Positions 1 through 5,624 of a stretch of 64,000 bases of DNA are shown one piece after another (the stretch's first letter is position 1; each line of letters opens with the position of its first letter). Under the pieces are notes generated by a model. That model was not told the DNA's origin, did not search any database, and was given only the letters and a program-made list of their open reading frames with translations. Origin of the DNA: a virus. Taxonomy: Duplodnaviria > Caudoviricetes. The translations under genes were made by a program, and so were the position numbers. The DNA lies in IMG/VR virus record IMGVR_UViG_3300025924_000017, positions 96,001 to 160,000 of that record; one strand, 5' to 3'.

Positions 1-34
1 ACGTGCGGAGATTCGCACTGAGACGATCTGAATT

Positions 35-123
35 CAGAGTGTCGGGTAGCTTGGCTGATCTCGCCCGGTTTGGGGCCGGGAGTCGAAAGACACACGTTGG
101 TTCGAATCCAACCACTCTGACCA
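35..123 (+). tRNA. tRNA-Pro(UGG), 15-nt variable arm
   Basis: CAGAGTG/CACTCTG acceptor, CCCGG-TT TGG GG-CCGGG anticodon arm, TTCGAAT T-loop, encoded CCA. Confidence 0.9.
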
Positions 124-131
124 TTTTTAAT

Positions 132-206
132 CAGGCTTTAGCTCAGCAGGAGAGCGCCCGCTCGGGAAGCGGGAGGACGCTGTGGCAGTGACAGCAAGCC
201 TGACCA
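132..206 (+). tRNA. tRNA-Pro(GGG), non-canonical T-loop
   Basis: CAGGCTT/AAGCCTG acceptor, TAGCTCAG D-arm, CCCGC-TC GGG AA-GCGGG, T-arm GCTGT-GGCAGTG-ACAGC, CCA. Confidence 0.85.
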
Positions 207-281
207 GTTTCGTGCGGTGTCTGAGCGCTACAAATATCGGGAGACAGAAAAGCGAGACTTCCCGAGCCGCACTTCGAATTC

Positions 282-363
282 GCCGGTTTGGCTCAGCAGC
301 GACAGCAGCAGTTTTGTAAACTGCCATTCCACATCGGGGGTGCGAGTCCCTCAACCGGCACCA
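282..363 (+). tRNA. tRNA-Thr(UGU)
   Basis: GCCGGTT/AACCGGC acceptor, GCAGT-TT TGT AA-ACTGC, T-loop TGCGAGT, CCA. Confidence 0.85.
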
Positions 364-370
364 TCATCAT

Positions 371-445
371 GCCCTCGAATAAGAGAAAGCGCTTTGCGTC
401 ATTGGTAGTGACGAGAGGAACGGGCAGGTCGTTCCGGGGGCACCA
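371..445 (+). tRNA. tRNA-Thr(GGU), degenerate D-arm
   Basis: GCCCTCG/CGGGGGC acceptor, CGTCA-TT GGT AG-TGACG, T-arm GAACG-GGCAGGT-CGTTC, CCA; D-arm poorly paired. Confidence 0.7.
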
Positions 446-452
446 ACAACAC

Positions 453-527
453 GCCGACTAAATTGAGATAGCGTAAGACCGGACTCGTAATCTGGTAGGG
501 GTGGCGCAAGTCCACCAGTCGGCACCA
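453..527 (+). tRNA. tRNA-Thr(CGU), degenerate D-arm
   Basis: GCCGACT/AGTCGGC acceptor, CCGGA-CT CGT AA-TCTGG, T-arm GGTGG-CGCAAGT-CCACC, CCA. Confidence 0.75.
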
Positions 528-542
528 AATCAAATCGAATAT

Positions 543-632
543 GCGCTGGTGACCCGAGTAGCGAAGGGCTGAGACTCTTAATCTCATGATCTAAAAAATC
601 CATCGCGGGTGCGAGTCCCGCCCAGCACACCA
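543..632 (+). tRNA. tRNA-Lys(CUU), long variable region
   Basis: TGAGA-CT CTT AA-TCTCA anticodon arm, C2.A71 mismatch, 18-nt variable region, T-loop TGCGAGT, CCA. Confidence 0.8.
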
Positions 633-637
633 ATTGA

Positions 638-731
638 GCGCCGGTGACCCGAGAAGCGAAGGGCCGGGACTTTTAATCCTGTTTGGTGTTCAACACCATC
701 GTCGTGGGTGCGAGTCCCACTCGGCACACCA
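638..731 (+). tRNA. tRNA-Lys(UUU), long variable arm
   Basis: CGGGA-CT TTT AA-TCCTG, variable hairpin TGGTG-TTCAA-CACCA, C2.A71 mismatch, T-loop TGCGAGT, CCA. Confidence 0.8.
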
Positions 732-741
732 GTTTCAGTTT

Positions 742-825
742 GGCCCTATGGCGTAATAGTAGGCGCGCTGGCTTCAGATACCAGTGTCTTTGGACGTGGG
801 GGTGCAAGTCCCTCTAGGGCTACCA
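742..825 (+). tRNA. tRNA-Leu(CAG)
   Basis: GGCCCTA/TAGGGCT acceptor, loop TT CAG AT, class II arm, T-loop TGCAAGT, CCA. Confidence 0.85.
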
Positions 826-830
826 AATTT

Positions 831-915
831 GCTCCCGTGGCGGAACGGTAGACGCGCTCCCCTTAAAGCGGAGTGACCTCGTGTCGTGGGAGTTCGATTC
901 TCTCCGGGAGTACCA
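831..915 (+). tRNA. tRNA-Leu(UAA)
   Basis: GCTCCCG/CGGGAGT acceptor, loop CT TAA AG, Leu-type D-arm, TTCGATT, CCA. Confidence 0.88.
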
Positions 916-924
916 GAAGAATTT

Positions 925-1011
925 GTCCGGCTGATCGGAATCAGTAGACGTGCTCGGCTCAAACCCGAGTGCCCTTGTGGCGTAGAGGTGCAAGTCCTCT
1001 GCCGGACACCA
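925..1011 (+). tRNA. tRNA-Leu(CAA)
   Basis: GTCCGGC/GCCGGAC acceptor, CTCGG-CT CAA AC-CCGAG, T-loop TGCAAGT, CCA. Confidence 0.88.
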
Positions 1012-1015
1012 GTTT

Positions 1016-1099
1016 GCTCTTGTGGCGTAAAGGTAGGCGCGTTGGTTCGAGAAGCCAATGGGTAAAACCGTGGGGGTTCAAGTCCCTCCAAGAGCACCA
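1016..1099 (+). tRNA. tRNA-Leu(GAG)
   Basis: GCTCTTG/CAAGAGC acceptor, loop TC GAG AA, TTCAAGT, CCA. Confidence 0.88.
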
Positions 1100-1101
1100 A
1101 G

Positions 1102-1210
1102 TTGAGTGATCGCAAGCGTTAGGACCCTGTGCTGCTCCACGATGCACTGACAAGGTCTCACGGCGATTGAGAGAGGGCATCTCACGGCGGGTCCGCTCCG
1201 CACCACTCAA
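1102..1210 (+). ncRNA. candidate structured RNA in tRNA array
   Basis: TTGAGTG/CACTCAA and GGACCC/GGGTCC stems enclosing 2-3 hairpins; no CCA, no T-loop consensus. Confidence 0.45.
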
Positions 1211-1219
1211 ACAAAACAT

Positions 1220-1295
1220 GCTGACGTAGGACCTGAGGCTGGGTCGCCTGATTGTGAGTCAGGAGTGAGTGGTTCGATTCCGCACGTCAGTACCA
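1220..1295 (+). tRNA. tRNA-His(GUG), no G-1, A73
   Basis: GCTGACG/CGTCAGT acceptor, CCTGA-TT GTG AG-TCAGG, TTCGATT, CCA; base at -1 is T. Confidence 0.85.
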
Positions 1296-1304
1296 ATTCA
1301 ATTC

Positions 1305-1377
1305 GGGGTGTCCGCGAGGTCCGGACTTGATCTTTGCAAGATCGAAGCGGTGGGTGCGAGACCCACACACTCCGCCA
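1305..1377 (+). tRNA. atypical tRNA-Ala(UGC)
   Basis: GGGGTGT/ACACTCC acceptor with G3:U70, TGATC-TT TGC AA-GATCG, T-loop TGCGAGA, G73, short odd D-arm, CCA. Confidence 0.7.
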
Positions 1378-1384
1378 AGTATAT

Positions 1385-1460
1385 GGGCCTGTAGCTCAGT
1401 TGGGAGAGCGCCTGATTTGCACTCAGGATGTCGGGGGTTCAAATCCTCTCAGGTCCACCA
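1385..1460 (+). tRNA. tRNA-Ala(UGC), canonical
   Basis: GGGCCTG/CAGGTCC with G3:U70, canonical D- and T-arms, loop TT TGC AC, CCA. Confidence 0.92.
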
Positions 1461-1466
1461 ACATAC

Positions 1467-1553
1467 GGATGCTGAACCCGGCGCGGGCTGGGACTCGCCT
1501 CGAAAGCGATGGGAGCCTCACGGCTTGGAGATCGAGCCTTCCGGCATCCGCCA
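1467..1553 (+). tRNA. tRNA-Ser(CGA)
   Basis: GGATGCT/GGCATCC acceptor, loop CT CGA AA, variable hairpin, T-loop ATCGAGC, CCA. Confidence 0.8.
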
Positions 1554-1569
1554 ATCAAATGCGAAGAAG

Positions 1570-1863
1570 ATGAAGAAGATCGGAAAGAGATATCTGGAGC
1601 GAGCGCAATACTACCGACGTCTCGCGCACGCTACGTGTCCGACCTTGGACTTCTCCGATGAGGCGCTGCGCCGCTGCTACGAATGGGAGAGCCACGGTGT
1701 GCGCTGTAGCGATCCAGACAACGGATACATGACAGGCAAGTCGCTCGTGAACCTGAATGTCGCAATGTGGAAGGAAGACATCGTTCGCGGAACGCTTTTT
1801 CTGTTCGAGTTGCGTGAGGACCCTGACATTCCAGAATGGGTCTTGAAGAATTTCGGAGAGTGA
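1570..1863 (+). CDS. hypothetical protein (97 aa) inside tRNA array
   Basis: Protein-like part of ORF 1327-1863 from ATG 1570 (MKKIGKRYLER...); the upstream part of that ORF overlaps tRNAs. Confidence 0.7.
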   Translation: MKKIGKRYLERAQYYRRLAHATCPTLDFSDEALRRCYEWESHGVRCSDPDNGYMTGKSLVNLNVAMWKEDIVRGTLFLFELREDPDIPEWVLKNFGE

Positions 1864-1946
1864 ACCGAGCAGGGATGCCGGGCGCGTTTGCTAAACGATG
1901 CGGAGGCCGAAAGGCTTTTTCGGATCAAGACCGACGCTCTCCTCCA
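1855..1946 (+). tRNA. tRNA-Ser(GCU)
   Basis: GGAGAGT/GCTCTCC acceptor, loop TT GCT AA, long variable arm, T-loop ATCAAGA, U73, CCA; overlaps last 9 nt of upstream CDS. Confidence 0.8.
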
Positions 1947-1951
1947 GTCAT

Positions 1952-2043
1952 GGATGCTTGGCCGAGTGGCTTAAGGCGGCGGATTTGAAATCCGCAGGAC
2001 CTCACGCGAGGTTCCGTCCGTTCAAATCGGACAGCATCCTCCA
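1952..2043 (+). tRNA. tRNA-Ser(UGA)
   Basis: GGATGCT/AGCATCC, GCGGA-TT TGA AA-TCCGC, long arm, TTCAAAT, U73, CCA. Confidence 0.9.
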
Positions 2044-2113
2044 ATCTAGGGCCTAGCGCAGCGCAACGTCGCGGGAAGGGTGAGAGGGTAGCGTCGCGGC
2101 TACCCGCGTAATT

Positions 2114-2205
2114 GGAGAGTGAACCGGACACGCGTGCCGGGCCTGCTTGGAAAGCAACGCGGACGGTGCAAGCCGTTTGGGGCGCAAGTCCTCCGCTCTC
2201 CGCCA
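2114..2205 (+). tRNA. tRNA-Ser(GGA)
   Basis: GGAGAGT/GCTCTCC, loop TT GGA AA (weak stem), long arm, T-loop CGCAAGT, CCA. Confidence 0.78.
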
Positions 2206-2211
2206 AATCGC

Positions 2212-2243
2212 TTGACACGATCCACGTCAGTGTGCCATAGAAT
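2212..2243 (+). promoter_or_regulatory. sigma70-type promoter
   Basis: TTGACA at 2212 with CATAGA/TAGAAT at about 2236-2243. Confidence 0.5.
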
Positions 2244-2286
2244 GCGACATCGCGCTTCTGCACCGGCGCGTCGGCCTAACGGCTAG

Positions 2287-2380
2287 GCCGGAGGGTTCGT
2301 CGAAGGGCGGAGAGGAGCAGGCTACGAGCCTGCGACCACATTGGTCTGAAAATCCGCCGCCCTGCGATCAACCCTCCGGC
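2287..2380 (+). ncRNA. candidate structured RNA (multibranch)
   Basis: 11-bp closing stem GCCGGAGGGTT/AACCCTCCGGC, further helices, two internal hairpins; non-coding gap after a promoter. Confidence 0.5.
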
Positions 2381-2398
2381 TATCAATTTTGGAAGTCG

Positions 2399-2611
2399 AT
2401 GTCACCTGAAGCTCTCACTCTGATCGCTAAGCTCCACGAAGCCCGCGACAAGCAAAACGCACCCCACGCGATCTACGCAACCGATAGGCCTGAGATGCTG
2501 GCGCTCGTTGCCGAACTCGTTGAACACGGTTATCTCGTCAAGCGTGTGCGTCGGGAAGTCGATCCTTTCGATTCCTACATGACAACTGACAAGAGCCTCC
2601 CAAACGCATGA
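2399..2611 (+). CDS. hypothetical protein
   Basis: 70-aa ORF, GGAAG SD, start/stop coupling to next gene. Confidence 0.65.
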   Translation: MSPEALTLIAKLHEARDKQNAPHAIYATDRPEMLALVAELVEHGYLVKRVRREVDPFDSYMTTDKSLPNA

Positions 2612-2805
2612 GGCGGCGCAAGTCTTTTCCAGAACTCGAAGCGCGCGAGCGCGCGATCCGTGACAGCGACCACGCGCGGATAGCTCGGGGTTTGGAGCCG
2701 ATCCGCTGCCCACGATGCGGAGAGAACGCTTCGCACTTCTTCCCACCCTGTTTCGGCGACCCCGGCTTTTGGACGTGCGTCGGTGTCATGGTACCAGCCA
2801 CATGA
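2608..2805 (+). CDS. small Cys-containing hypothetical protein (possible Zn ribbon)
   Basis: CPRCGE motif plus two further Cys; ATGA overlaps at both ends. Confidence 0.6.
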   Translation: MRRRKSFPELEARERAIRDSDHARIARGLEPIRCPRCGENASHFFPPCFGDPGFWTCVGVMVPAT

Positions 2806-3023
2806 CGTGCAGCACCGCCAGACGCTACCAATACCTGAACGTCATCACCGACACCGGCGAGCGCAAGGTCTTGCGTGTCTCCGACGCCACCATGCGCCGC
2901 ATCACCGAAGCCGCCCACAAGGCTAAGAACCCGACGATCTGGCAGCGGATCGTGCGGGCGTTTAAGCGCGTCTTCGCATCTGTCGCGGATCGTGTCACAG
3001 CAGGGTTGACAAAACGACGCTGA
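2802..3023 (+). CDS. hypothetical protein
   Basis: ATG 2802 overlaps the previous stop; basic 73-aa product. Confidence 0.55.
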   Translation: MTCSTARRYQYLNVITDTGERKVLRVSDATMRRITEAAHKAKNPTIWQRIVRAFKRVFASVADRVTAGLTKRR

Positions 3024-3034
3024 GCGGATATGCC
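3006..3034 (+). promoter_or_regulatory. sigma70-type promoter
   Basis: TTGACA-17-TATGCC upstream of the SD-led ATG 3063. Confidence 0.45.
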
Positions 3035-3062
3035 GGGTCTTCGCCATGTGAAGGACCCGACA

Positions 3063-4904
3063 ATGCTTGACGCCCAGACCCTCGACCTCTTCAAGGTCAT
3101 TGTTCTCGACGAGTTTGCTGTGCCGCCGGAAGGGCTGAGCGCAAAGCCGTATCTGGAAGACCTCCAGCAGGGCTTCGTCACCAATTTCATCCCGACGCCC
3201 CTTCAGAGGGCCGCACTCTGCAAGGCGTTCAAGCCGCTTCCGCTGGTGACGCTGTTTTCGGTCGCCGAGCGCCGGGCGCCCGACATCACTCCGATGTCGC
3301 TGATCATGACGCAGCTTCTCCACTACATCGAGGTCTACGGCCTCGACCAGCCGGGCTTGTTCAATCTCGAAGTCAAGCAGGGTAGCGTCGTGGTTGTCGC
3401 CAACGTTCGCGGCGTGACGGTCGAGGAACTTGGCGACATGGTCCGCGCCCTGATCTACGCGAACGCGCCGGTCCGCAAGATCGAGGACGTGATCGAACTG
3501 ATCAAGTTCCACAACATTCCTTATGACCTCGCACTCGTGAAGAACAACGAAGCGCGCATCCGCTTGTACCGGGACGGCGATCAGTTTGCGTCCGGAGACG
3601 ACGCTGTCCGCTACATCGTCTTCAAGACGACCGGCGACTCGCTCCTGATCAAGTCCCCGGAAGTCGTCGCAGCCGTGAAGTCCGGCGAGCGACAGGTTTC
3701 GTTGCACTTCCTGATGGCGCACGAGACGGTCTTGGCGCAGGTGTTCAATCGCCACAAGCGCATCATCATGGCGTTGAAGAACCGGCGCACGGCACAGGCG
3801 ATCAACCGCATTTCGCGCTTCTCGAAGACGAAGCACGTCCCGCTCCGTCCGGCGCTCAACAAGACTTTCATCGCCCGCGCGCTCGGCGATCTGCCGTTCG
3901 ACTACGAGGACGCGCTGGAGGTCATCTCCCTGCGCGACAAGTTCAAGTACCTGAACCTGCTCGAATGGCGCCGCTTGCAGAATACCGATGACGTGTTCAT
4001 CATCCGCAACGGCCGCGCGCATTTGGAGCCGGATCGTAAGGTCTACCCCACCAAAGACATCACGGCGCTCATTATGAGTGTTGCGGACTCGATTGAGGCT
4101 GATCTGCGACATCTGCAAGGCAAGTCGATCCTGCTCGATCCCAATGTCGATTATGGTCTGCCGACCTCCCAGAAGCAGATGCTCGGCAGCCTGCCGTTCG
4201 GCACCACGATCTCGGTCGGTAACGGGAACATCTCGTCCGGCATCTATTGGGAGAACCGTTGGGGCGCGACCGATCTCGATCTGGCAGCCATCGACGAGTG
4301 GGGCGAACGCACCGGCTGGGGCGAGTTGTCCGGATTCGACAATAACAATCCGATCCTCTTCTCCGGCGACATCACGTCGGCACCTGAAGGCGCCATGGAG
4401 TTCATGACCTCGGCGACGACGGATTGTGAGCGCGTCTACGGACTGCTGGTGAACATCTTCAACGGGGGTAACGAGGCCGAATGCGAACTGCTCGTCGGCT
4501 CCCAGTTCGAAGGCAAGAACGGTCAGACGCGTTCCGGGCGATCCGCGAAGTGGATCAAGTCGCCGGTGATCCGGGAGAAGGTGAAGCTCACCTCTCGCGA
4601 GACGATCCTCGGCTTCGTACGGAACGGGAAGTTCGTCGTGTTCGCCCCGCGCCTGTCGAACCGCCGTGTGTCCGGCGGCGAGATCACGCGCCGTTTGATC
4701 GCGAAGGGCATGGCGCCGGTCTGGACGATCAGCAAGCTGCTCGCCGTTGCGGGAATCAAGTACGACACGACACCCGTTGACGGTGTTGTCTACGATTACG
4801 ATCTCTCGTACGCGTCGTTTTGTGTTGACAAAATGGAGCGCATGTTGTTCAATCCTCAGCAGGTTACGCCGCAAAAGACGTTCCTTACAGAAACAGCGGC
4901 CTAA
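3063..4904 (+). CDS. large conserved phage protein with helical N-terminus and TerD-like C-terminal domain
   Basis: AAGGA SD before ATG 3063; C-terminal motifs DLDLAA and FSGDITSAPEGAMEF resemble TerD-like domains (recalled, not searched). Confidence 0.6.
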   Translation: MLDAQTLDLFKVIVLDEFAVPPEGLSAKPYLEDLQQGFVTNFIPTPLQRAALCKAFKPLPLVTLFSVAERRAPDITPMSLIMTQLLHYIEVYGLDQPGLFNLEVKQGSVVVVANVRGVTVEELGDMVRALIYANAPVRKIEDVIELIKFHNIPYDLALVKNNEARIRLYRDGDQFASGDDAVRYIVFKTTGDSLLIKSPEVVAAVKSGERQVSLHFLMAHETVLAQVFNRHKRIIMALKNRRTAQAINRISRFSKTKHVPLRPALNKTFIARALGDLPFDYEDALEVISLRDKFKYLNLLEWRRLQNTDDVFIIRNGRAHLEPDRKVYPTKDITALIMSVADSIEADLRHLQGKSILLDPNVDYGLPTSQKQMLGSLPFGTTISVGNGNISSGIYWENRWGATDLDLAAIDEWGERTGWGELSGFDNNNPILFSGDITSAPEGAMEFMTSATTDCERVYGLLVNIFNGGNEAECELLVGSQFEGKNGQTRSGRSAKWIKSPVIREKVKLTSRETILGFVRNGKFVVFAPRLSNRRVSGGEITRRLIAKGMAPVWTISKLLAVAGIKYDTTPVDGVVYDYDLSYASFCVDKMERMLFNPQQVTPQKTFLTETAA

Positions 4905-5007
4905 AAAGCCGCTCCTAAAATACGTCTCGCGGTTTTCGATTTTGTTGCAAAGGGTGTTCCTTAAAAACCCTTCTATGGCAAACACACCCCGCAACGCTCT
5001 CTGCGAG

Positions 5008-5040
5008 AGGCCATCCGAAAGGATGGCCTTTTGCATTTTG
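5008..5040 (+). terminator. intrinsic terminator
   Basis: AGGCCATCC-GAAA-GGATGGCCT followed by TTTGCATTTT. Confidence 0.8.
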
Positions 5041-5044
5041 TTTC

Positions 5045-5073
5045 TTGACACGACTGCCGTGATATGAGACAAC
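5045..5073 (+). promoter_or_regulatory. promoter of leader/tRNA array 2
   Basis: TTGACA 5045-5050, 17 nt, then GACAAC (GAGACAAC is 6/8 to the Caulobacter-type GCTANAWC); predicted +1 at about 5080-5081. Confidence 0.6.
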
Positions 5074-5080
5074 CTTCTCC

Positions 5081-5179
5081 ATGAGCAAGACCTTTACCAA
5101 CGTGCAGCAAGTCGTCCGCCGGAATCGCTATATTCCGGGCGGGGCTTTCGCGCGTGTGGAGAAGGATCACGGGTTCTAA
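5081..5179 (+). CDS. putative leaderless attenuator leader peptide MSKTFTNVQQVVRRNRYIPGGAFARVEKDHGF
   Basis: ATG at predicted TSS, no SD; the ORF spans helices 1:2 and 2:3; codons 7-18 are all read by downstream tRNAs. Confidence 0.75.
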   Translation: MSKTFTNVQQVVRRNRYIPGGAFARVEKDHGF

Positions 5180-5247
5180 ACCCAAAAGCTCTCCAAAGTT
5201 CTGCGAAAGGCCCGCCCGGTAAGCTCCGAGCGGGCCTTTTGCTTTTT
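5115..5247 (+). promoter_or_regulatory. transcription attenuator (1:2, 2:3 antiterminator, 3:4 terminator)
   Basis: 5115-5125 pairs with 5132-5143; 5135-5151 pairs with 5203-5219 (16 bp, one G.G) plus 5157-5162 with 5190-5195; terminator 5206-5239 with U-tract to 5247. Confidence 0.8.
5206..5247 (+). terminator. intrinsic terminator upstream of tRNA array 2
   Basis: AAAGGCCCGC-C-CGG TAAGCT CCG-A-GCGGGCCTTT then TGCTTTTT. Confidence 0.85.
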
Positions 5248-5256
5248 GCCTTTCAC

Positions 5257-5342
5257 GCGGATGCGAACGAGAGGCGAGCGATTGACGGTCTGTAAAACCG
5301 TTGCCTATGGCTGAATGGGTTCAATTCCCATCATCCGCACCA
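5257..5342 (+). tRNA. tRNA-Tyr(GUA)
   Basis: GCGGATG/CATCCGC, ACGGT-CT GTA AA-ACCGT, class II arm, TTCAATT, CCA. Confidence 0.88.
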
Positions 5343-5378
5343 AGGCAAAAACGAGAAGGTACGCAAGGAGAAGAATTT

Positions 5379-5455
5379 GCTTCGGTAGCTCAGTTGGTAA
5401 GAGCGCTGGCTTGAAATCCCAGAGGTCGATGCGTCGAGTGCATCCCGGAGCACCA
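5379..5455 (+). tRNA. tRNA-Phe(GAA)
   Basis: GCTTCGG/CCGGAGC, loop TT GAA AT, T-arm GATGC-GTCGAGT-GCATC, CCA. Confidence 0.85.
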
Positions 5456-5460
5456 TACAC

Positions 5461-5536
5461 AGTCCGTTAGCTCATTCAGGAGAGCGCTGGTGTCACATAC
5501 CAGAGGCGCACGGGGCAGAGCCGTGACGGACTACCA
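5461..5536 (+). tRNA. tRNA-Val(CAC)
   Basis: AGTCCGT/ACGGACT, CTGGT-GT CAC AT-ACCAG, T-loop GGCAGAG, CCA. Confidence 0.82.
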
Positions 5537-5540
5537 GCTT

Positions 5541-5616
5541 CCACCCGAGGCTGACTAGTGAGGCGGGCACCTGATTAGTGCCGTCAAGGTGAGTGCGATC
5601 CTCACCGGGTGGTCCA
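5541..5616 (+). tRNA. atypical tRNA with GAU anticodon (Ile)
   Basis: CCACCCG/CGGGTGG, GGCAC-CT GAT TA-GTGCC, U37, U73, T-loop TGCGATC, CCA. Confidence 0.7.
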
Positions 5617-5624
5617 GTTTTCAG

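Noticed and set aside
282-363. Reading this tRNA as Tyr(GUA)
   Set aside because: The 5-bp stem GCAGT/ACTGC centres TGT; the body and neighbours are Thr-type.
3-1573. ORF-track ORFs over the tRNA arrays (e.g. 3-191, 774-1115, 1334-1573, 5589-5828)
   Set aside because: They coincide with tRNA cloverleaves and give implausible proteins.
2242-2286. 14-codon ORF MRHRASAPARRPNG as a second leader peptide
   Set aside because: Its ATG overlaps the predicted -10 box, so it would lie upstream of the TSS; no clear U-tract terminator follows.
2287-2380. Hammerhead ribozyme, SRP or 6S RNA identity for this element
   Set aside because: No CUGANGA/GAAA core, no SRP GGAA-loop motif, and too short and branched for 6S.
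2538-5072. 844-aa minus-strand ORF, and similar long antisense ORFs (11270-12511, 13867-16605, 34898-35905, 37004-37888, 46146-47147, 47920-49236)
   Set aside because: Shadow frames of real genes with strong GC3 bias; no motifs, SD or promoter support.
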